Positions 58,165 through 64,000 of a DNA stretch of 64,000 bases are shown piece by piece. The DNA is from Acidobacteriota bacterium (lineage in GTDB: Bacteria > Acidobacteriota > CAIWXX01): NCBI GenBank assembly GCA_040755995.1, contig JBFMAF010000024.1:64001-128000 (forward strand), in the 5' to 3' direction. Both the position numbers and the translations under genes were made by a program. Under the pieces are notes generated by a model. It worked only from the letters and a program-made list of their open reading frames with translations. It was not told where the DNA came from and made no database searches. The first letter of the stretch is position 1, and each line of letters begins with the position of its first letter.

Positions 58165-59343
58165 CTACGATGATTTCAGGATCGCCACGATTTCGCGTTG
58201 TGGGGTGGTCGTGCAGATAGCCGATCCCCTGCCCACGAAGACATTGATCTCGCTTCTCACGCCGAAATCCTTCTGGTAGATCCCCGGTTCGATGCTGAAT
58301 CCGACGCCTGGGATCAGCATTCGTTCGTCGCGGCTTTCGAGGTTATCGAGGTTCACTCCGGTGAAATGGTCTTCGTAGCCGAGGGAGTGGCCGGTGCGGT
58401 GGATGAAGAAGGGTCCGTATCCGGCCCGTGCGATGTGGTTGCGTGCCATCTCGTCGACTTCCCACCCTTTGAGCGTGAGGCCCTCCTGCGCGGCGCGCTG
58501 AACGAGGTCCAGGGCGGCGTCCCGCGCGCCGGTGACGATTTCGAAGATCTCGCGATACTTGTCCGGCGGGGTCTCGCCGACGTAGCCCATCCACGTGATG
58601 TCGGCGTAGACCGACGACTGCGTCTTTTTCTTTGCCCAGACGTCCAGAAGCACGAGGTGGTTGGGTTGGATCGGCCGCGACTGCGCCGGGGCTGGTTCGT
58701 AGTGGACGTTGCCGGTGTTCTCGTCGGCGGCTACGATCGGCCGGGAGTCTGCAACGAGGCCCATCTCATCGTACTTCTGCCAAATGAATTCCTGGATTCC
58801 GTATTCATCCACCGGCTCACCGGCTCGAACGCGGCGGCCGATCTCCTCGAAGCTCATCTCTACGATCTTCAGCAGACTCTCGGCGGCCTCGCGGTGCGTC
58901 TCGAATTCCGCATCTGACCACCGGCTTGTGAAGTACTGCACCATGTCTGCGGACGAGACGATTGTGGCCCCGAAGGCCCGCACCAGCTCGGCCGTGCCCG
59001 CGTCCACGCGAGAGATATAAGGAATTGCGCATCGCGGCGAGTACTCCATGGCGATGCGCGTCTTCCCCTTGAGCAGGTCCTTGAGTCCCTTCTCCATGGA
59101 CTGCCAGCTGGTGAACGTCCTGAGCCTCCCAGGGAGGCCTTTGAACTGTTGCTCTTCGATCTTGTGCACCAGCGCGACGGGGATGCCCTCGGCGGGGATG
59201 AGGTAGAACCAGCGCCGTGTCAGCATAGCCCCCTCCCGCCCGATCATGCGCAGGGCGATCGGGTTGAGTCCCTGAAAATCGTACAGGAGCCACGCGTCGA
59301 GCTGGCTCTCGCTCAAGACCCTCTGTATGCCCTCTATGTCCAT
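58165..59343 (-). CDS. M24-family (Xaa-Pro) metallopeptidase
   Basis: DVWA, ADITW, HRTGHSLG, SIEPGIY, GVRSE. Confidence 0.9.
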   Translation of the reverse strand: MDIEGIQRVLSESQLDAWLLYDFQGLNPIALRMIGREGAMLTRRWFYLIPAEGIPVALVHKIEEQQFKGLPGRLRTFTSWQSMEKGLKDLLKGKTRIAMEYSPRCAIPYISRVDAGTAELVRAFGATIVSSADMVQYFTSRWSDAEFETHREAAESLLKIVEMSFEEIGRRVRAGEPVDEYGIQEFIWQKYDEMGLVADSRPIVAADENTGNVHYEPAPAQSRPIQPNHLVLLDVWAKKKTQSSVYADITWMGYVGETPPDKYREIFEIVTGARDAALDLVQRAAQEGLTLKGWEVDEMARNHIARAGYGPFFIHRTGHSLGYEDHFTGVNLDNLESRDERMLIPGVGFSIEPGIYQKDFGVRSEINVFVGRGSAICTTTPQREIVAILKSS

Positions 59344-59517
59344 GCATCTCTCCTTGGTCCCATGCTGCCGCCTGCCGCCGGATGGGATCTCAGGTCCGCT
59401 CCTGGCATCCGGGATTCATCAGAACGTGGCGCCCAAAGCCACATGTCGGTCATCAGTCCAGGGACGGGATCCTCATTGGGGCGATCGTCTCGCCGCATCA
59501 TCCACGGCGCCACTCGA

Positions 59518-60723
59518 CTACGTGGCGCGTCTCAGCACGGTGCAGACGGATGCGCAGATCGGGCCGCCGATGTTGAACGTTGCGGCGGCCCGGGGATTCT
59601 TCGCCTGTAGTGCGGCGGGGGCCTTGCCGAGCAATTGCTGTGCGCACCACCCGATCATCGCGACCCCGGTGGCACCCACGGGGTGCCCCTTGGCGATCAG
59701 TCCGCCCGAGGTATTGATTCCGCATTCGCCTTCGACGTTGGCCTTGCCATCGACCCAGTAGCGCGCACCCTTTCCGAGATCTGCCTTTCCGATCACCTCC
59801 GTGCCGATTGCGCCCATCACCGTGAAGCAGTCGTGGATCTCTGCGATGTTCACGTCGGCCGGTCTTGCCCCAGCCATCTCGTACGCCTTGTTCATGGCCG
59901 TGTACGCGCCCGCGGGCCTCAGCACCTCGCGTCCTGCCTTCTTCAGCGGGTCTGTGGCCTGTGCATAGCCTGCAATCTCCACACAGTCCGCCTTGGGCAC
60001 TCCGAGCTTCTTCAGGCCTTCATCTGTCGCGATGATCAACGATGCGTAGCCGTCCGTCACCTGCGAGCAGTCGAAGGTCTTGAGCGGGAGGCCCTTGACC
60101 AGGTACGCATTCACGCCCTCGATCTTGAGTGCCTGCTCCAGACTCAGCCCCCTCTGCATCTGTGCATATGGATTCGACTTGGCGTTGGTGTACTCGGTGA
60201 CGGCCACCTGAGCCAGTTCGGCCTCGGTCACCCCGTGGGCCTTCATATATTCCGCCATGATCTCGGCGAAGGTGTGCGGGAAGATGTAGACCTTCCCCTC
60301 GCGCTCGTCCGGGTGGGAGAAGTAGCCGAGCACCTGCCCGATGAGCTTCCCATCCGCCTTGCCCTCGGCGTCCCGCATCTTCTCGTAGCCCACCGCGATC
60401 CCCACGTCTCCGAGCCCGAGCAACAGCTTGTGGATCACCGACATCACCGCTTGCCCGCCCGATGCACAGGCGTTCTCGACCGACTCGATCGGCTTGGCCT
60501 CCAGCCCGGGCACCATCGCCATCAGGCCCGACAGCAGCCCCTGCTGGTTCAGCGAGATGTTGCAGGTCGCCCCGATGCTGCCGACATCCAGCGCCTTCGG
60601 CTCGACCTTGATCTCCCTGCACACACCCTCGACCGCGTTTCTCACGATCTCCGGCACGGTCATCGGACCGAGCTTGCCAAACTTCGATTGATGATACGCT
60701 GCGATGTAGACCGGTTTTCTCAT
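59518..60723 (-). CDS. Thiolase family protein (SCP2-thiolase type)
   Basis: ENACASGG, EIHDCF, GHPVGATG, NIGG. Confidence 0.88.
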   Translation of the reverse strand: MRKPVYIAAYHQSKFGKLGPMTVPEIVRNAVEGVCREIKVEPKALDVGSIGATCNISLNQQGLLSGLMAMVPGLEAKPIESVENACASGGQAVMSVIHKLLLGLGDVGIAVGYEKMRDAEGKADGKLIGQVLGYFSHPDEREGKVYIFPHTFAEIMAEYMKAHGVTEAELAQVAVTEYTNAKSNPYAQMQRGLSLEQALKIEGVNAYLVKGLPLKTFDCSQVTDGYASLIIATDEGLKKLGVPKADCVEIAGYAQATDPLKKAGREVLRPAGAYTAMNKAYEMAGARPADVNIAEIHDCFTVMGAIGTEVIGKADLGKGARYWVDGKANVEGECGINTSGGLIAKGHPVGATGVAMIGWCAQQLLGKAPAALQAKNPRAAATFNIGGPICASVCTVLRRAT

Positions 60724-60930
60724 GCTCACCTCCGAATTGAGTGGCTCCCCAGCGACCCTACTTCTTGTCCGAATGCGCGGCGCGAGCGCCGCCTCTATCA
60801 AGGTGCTTAGTCTAGCACACTCCGGACCCGCCCCGAAAACCGCACAAGCCTCCTCGCAAACCAGTCCGAAGTTGCGGCTCCGGATGCAACCGCAGATGCA
60901 GGGCTGGACGGGGAACAGAGCGCGCGCGGG

Positions 60931-61326
60931 CTACCGCGACTGCTGTTTCTTCTCGAGCTCCTCCAGCAGCCGCCTGCGCTCCGCGATGATCTTGTCGTAG
61001 ATGACCTGCTGTTCCGGGGTCAGTGTCTTCCGGATTCGGACATAAGCCCGGTCGAAAATCGCCCTGAGCTGTGGGAGCAGCTCGCGACGGATGCCGAAGA
61101 GCTCCTCCCGCGTCTCGATCACCGCCTGGTAGATCTCGTGCCGCTGCGCCTCATTCAGGTCGAGCTGCCGATCGAGCTGATACACGATCATTTCCGCCAC
61201 GACGTCGCGCGCATGGAGAATACGGCTCTCCACGCGCAGTGAGTAGATGTGCAGAGCCGCGGCACCGCAGATCATCCCGGCGAGGAATACCGCCAGCACC
61301 GCGAGGCGGGCGCGCCACCTGCTCAT
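60931..61326 (-). CDS. Exported helical protein (Spy/CpxP-like)
   Basis: N-terminal TM; LDLNEAQ and LTPEQ motifs. Confidence 0.65.
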   Translation of the reverse strand: MSRWRARLAVLAVFLAGMICGAAALHIYSLRVESRILHARDVVAEMIVYQLDRQLDLNEAQRHEIYQAVIETREELFGIRRELLPQLRAIFDRAYVRIRKTLTPEQQVIYDKIIAERRRLLEELEKKQQSR

Positions 61327-61718
61327 GGTACCTCCTTCCACCCCTCCGTGCCGGCCCCGCTCCCCAACAGAGTCGCCGCCATCAGTGCGTCGCCGGCACC
61401 GCTCTCCGATTGCGTCAGCCGCGCAATCATCTCTTCGCGAGCCTCTTCCACGCGGTGCGACTCGTAGCCCATCCATCCCGTGACAATCGCCACGACGATC
61501 GCGAAGGCGGGGAGCATCTGCCACGCGGCCGCTCCAACGGAAGTGGGCGCGGGTGACGGCCGGGATGCCGCAATTCTGGCCCTCACACGAGCCAGGAAGA
61601 ACGGGGACGGAACCGGCGGCTCACCATGCCAGGCTGCTGCCTGCAACAGCCGCCGTACCAGCTCTTCCTCGTCGCCACCCTGACGCTTGTCTCGCACGCC
61701 AAACCATCTCCATGGCAT
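61323..61718 (-). CDS. Putative membrane anti-sigma factor
   Basis: PSPFFLARVRARI followed by a single TM; immediately downstream of the ECF sigma gene. Confidence 0.6.
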   Translation of the reverse strand: MPWRWFGVRDKRQGGDEEELVRRLLQAAAWHGEPPVPSPFFLARVRARIAASRPSPAPTSVGAAAWQMLPAFAIVVAIVTGWMGYESHRVEEAREEMIARLTQSESGAGDALMAATLLGSGAGTEGWKEVP

Positions 61719-61721
61719 CGC

Positions 61722-62444
61722 TCATGCCTCCGTTCCTGCGCGCTTCGGGCGAGTGAGAAGCTCGCGAAGCTTCGCGCGCGCGCGAAATGCGCGGATCTTC
61801 ACGTTTGCCTTCGACCACCCGGTGAGCTTCGAAACCTCCTCGACCGAGAGATCCTCCAGCACCATCAGCGTCAGCACCAGCCGCTCGGTTGCGCCGAGCC
61901 GGGCGAGCATCTGCTCGGCGCACATCCTCCCTTCCTCCCGTCCCCAGAACTCCGCCTCGGGAGAGCCGTCCGGGGCAGGAAGTCGGTCGTAGAAATCCAC
62001 AGGATTCTCGACCACCTGCGACAGACTCATCTCCTCGTGCCTCCGCTGCCGCAGCTGGTCGTAGCAGGTGTTCACCGTCACGCGTGCCATCCAATGCTCC
62101 AACGGCTGCTCCGCCCTGTACGTCCGCATCCCGATGAAGGCCTTCACGAAAACCTCCTGGCAGACTTCCTCCACGAGCTCGGGCCGCCTGAAGAAGCGCC
62201 CGGAGATCCTGGCTACCTGGCGGTGATGAAGGCCGACCAGCTCTTCAAAAGCTGCCTCATCACCCTCCACCACACGCTCGGCCAGACGTCGATCACGCTC
62301 CAGACCATCGGCGTCTCGCTTTGTCTCGACCAAGCATGCTCCGGCGCCCGCGCCCATCGTGGGGAACCACATGGCCCTGGGCCGCCGGGAGGTCACTATA
62401 TCAGAGACTCCGAGTGTGGCACAGCCAGCGGCACAATCGCTCAT
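61722..62444 (-). CDS. ECF RNA polymerase sigma factor
   Basis: GDEAAFEELV, QEVFVKAF, WMARVTVNTCYD, SVEEVS..NVKIRAFRAR; start uncertain. Confidence 0.92.
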   Translation of the reverse strand: MSDCAAGCATLGVSDIVTSRRPRAMWFPTMGAGAGACLVETKRDADGLERDRRLAERVVEGDEAAFEELVGLHHRQVARISGRFFRRPELVEEVCQEVFVKAFIGMRTYRAEQPLEHWMARVTVNTCYDQLRQRRHEEMSLSQVVENPVDFYDRLPAPDGSPEAEFWGREEGRMCAEQMLARLGATERLVLTLMVLEDLSVEEVSKLTGWSKANVKIRAFRARAKLRELLTRPKRAGTEA

Positions 62445-62451
62445 GAAACAG

Positions 62452-62479
62452 TAGACGGGGCGGCCACGCCCGCGGTTAC
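62452..62479 (-). promoter_or_regulatory. Candidate ECF-type autoregulatory promoter
   Basis: GTAACC-16 bp-CGTCTA on the minus strand, upstream of the sigma gene. Confidence 0.5.
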
Positions 62480-62658
62480 GCCTCGATGAATAGCCGAGGA
62501 CCCGGGGTGGTCGAATCCGGACTGAGTGCCTCGCCTGGATGTCTCTGTCTCGGCCTGGTCACTGCATCTTTGAAACATGACCGGAGACTACGGCGTAAGC
62601 TATACTAGGTGCGACGGTCGATCGGACGGGAGGGACAGGGCCCAGTGCTGGAGCGTTG

Positions 62659-64000
62659 ATGGGGGTCATTGCGGGTCTCGTGACGCGGTGGCGAAGGGGG
62701 AAACGACGCCTGCTCGCCGCAGCCGTCTTCCTGCTGTTCCTCTACCTCGTTGCGGGGTGGACGCCGTTATACGGTGACCACCTGGTTGGAAACCTGCTCT
62801 CGACGATCACGTTCCTCATGGTCTTCGGAGTCGGCGCCTACTACACGTTCGTCGTTCTCCGCTGGTTGAAGAACAAGCTCCTCTGGCGCGTCCGCCGTCG
62901 ACTGATCATCACCTACCTGTTCGTCGGGCTGACACCCATCGTGCTGCTCGCCGCGCTGGGGATGCTCTCCGCCTTCGGCGGATCGTGCGAGGCGATGTCG
63001 CGGATCGTCGCCGTGCAGCTCGATGCGATGGAGCAGCTGGCGCTGGCGAGTTTGCGGCAGATTGCCGACGATTACGCGCGCCAATCGACGCCGCGGGACG
63101 CGCAACGGCTCGAAAAGTGGCTCGAGGAGCGTGCCCATGTGCTCCGGACGACCTTGCCCGGCGCCCGCCTCTGCGCCTGGCACGGGGCTGGAGGGACGGG
63201 CCTCTCGTCGCTGGGCCACCAGTCGGCACCGTCCGCCATCTGCGCTCCGCCGGCGCCGGCCGGCCAGGCACCTGCCGCCGGGATACCGATCGGGGACCCG
63301 CTGCCGGCCTGGCTGGTGGGGAAGGAGGCGTGGAGCGGCTTCGCACACACTTCAGGATTGAAAGCGACGCGGGGGTCGGCCGGGCGCCACTCGATACGCG
63401 CCCTCGTCAGGAGGGGATTCGACGACGGATCCATAGTGTTCCTGATGGATCTTCCTGTGGACTCCCTCTTGGTCGCCCGGGTCAGAGAGCAGACGGGCAT
63501 CGACATTGACGCACGGATTCCCTGGGAGAGCCAGGTGACCGGCGAGGGCAACATCACGATCAGGACCGGGCCGGAGCAGGCAGAGGACCGTGCTGGTCAG
63601 CCTCCGAACGCGCTCCGCTCGGGACAGCAAGGGGCCGAGTCCTGGGGCGTGCGGTACCCATTGATCCTCAACGAGACCGACTGGCCGACCGGCGCTACAT
63701 CGCCGGGCACCTTGCTGGTCATGCGCTGGTCATGGGGCGAGGCACGGCGGCAGCTGCTGGGCACTAGCATTCTGGGCAGCACCTGGCAGCAGGGACTGAT
63801 CGCTGTTGGTATTGCATTCATGGTGTTTGAGCTGCTGGCGCTGCTGGCGGCGATCTGGATGACGCGCGCTGTGACTGGGACGGTCCACGAGCTTCACCTG
63901 GGGACGGAGTACGTGAAACGGGGTGACTTCGGGCACCGCGTGCGCGTGCATTCACACGATCAACTCGGCGAGTTGGTTGGAGCCTTTAACGAGATGTCGG
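62659..64000 (+). CDS. Membrane HAMP-domain signalling protein, probably a SpoIIE/PP2C phosphatase (3' partial; not in the ORF track)
   Basis: Frame from ATG 62659 contains LLWRVRRRLIITYLFVG and ends in HAMP GDFGHRVRVHSHDQLGELVGAFNEM at the window edge. Confidence 0.85.
   Translation, partial: MGVIAGLVTRWRRGKRRLLAAAVFLLFLYLVAGWTPLYGDHLVGNLLSTITFLMVFGVGAYYTFVVLRWLKNKLLWRVRRRLIITYLFVGLTPIVLLAALGMLSAFGGSCEAMSRIVAVQLDAMEQLALASLRQIADDYARQSTPRDAQRLEKWLEERAHVLRTTLPGARLCAWHGAGGTGLSSLGHQSAPSAICAPPAPAGQAPAAGIPIGDPLPAWLVGKEAWSGFAHTSGLKATRGSAGRHSIRALVRRGFDDGSIVFLMDLPVDSLLVARVREQTGIDIDARIPWESQVTGEGNITIRTGPEQAEDRAGQPPNALRSGQQGAESWGVRYPLILNETDWPTGATSPGTLLVMRWSWGEARRQLLGTSILGSTWQQGLIAVGIAFMVFELLALLAAIWMTRAVTGTVHELHLGTEYVKRGDFGHRVRVHSHDQLGELVGAFNEMS

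Noticed and set aside
59518..60723. Defective thiolase (no C-terminal Cys)
   Set aside because: The HDCF and NIGG motifs are normal for SCP2-type thiolases.

Overview
GC-rich bacterial chromosomal segment; the VWFA-related, PDZ/HAMP-SpoIIE and Tol-Pal gene styles suggest an Acidobacteriota-like diderm, by inference only. Most of it is housekeeping, envelope and signalling genes: rocD, bcp, dacB, a homocysteine methyltransferase/MetF fusion, tolQRA-tolB-pal-cpoB-ssb, a thiolase and an ECF sigma cassette. There is one tRNA (anticodon CAT, probably Ile2). Main observations: (1) a protein-disulfide oxidoreductase split by an in-frame TGA at a UxxC motif with a SECIS-like hairpin, i.e. a probable selenoprotein; (2) an E. 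coli-type FadR with a matching operator heading an alkyl-DHAP-synthase-like/GlpD/FGGY-kinase operon, a possible acyl-CoA-regulated ether/glycerolipid pathway; (3) a tRNA-adjacent accessory region (Phd-VapC, truncated AAA ATPase, WYL regulator, DnaQ-like exonuclease, rmuC) in which the WYL 3' end is duplicated (197 bp) and joined to a collapsed LytTR regulator remnant; (4) several gene remnants, two of them missing their middles; (5) families of intergenic 6-7 nt tandem repeats. I found no CRISPR array, integrase, transposase or reverse transcriptase. All calls come from motif recognition by eye; no database searches were run.
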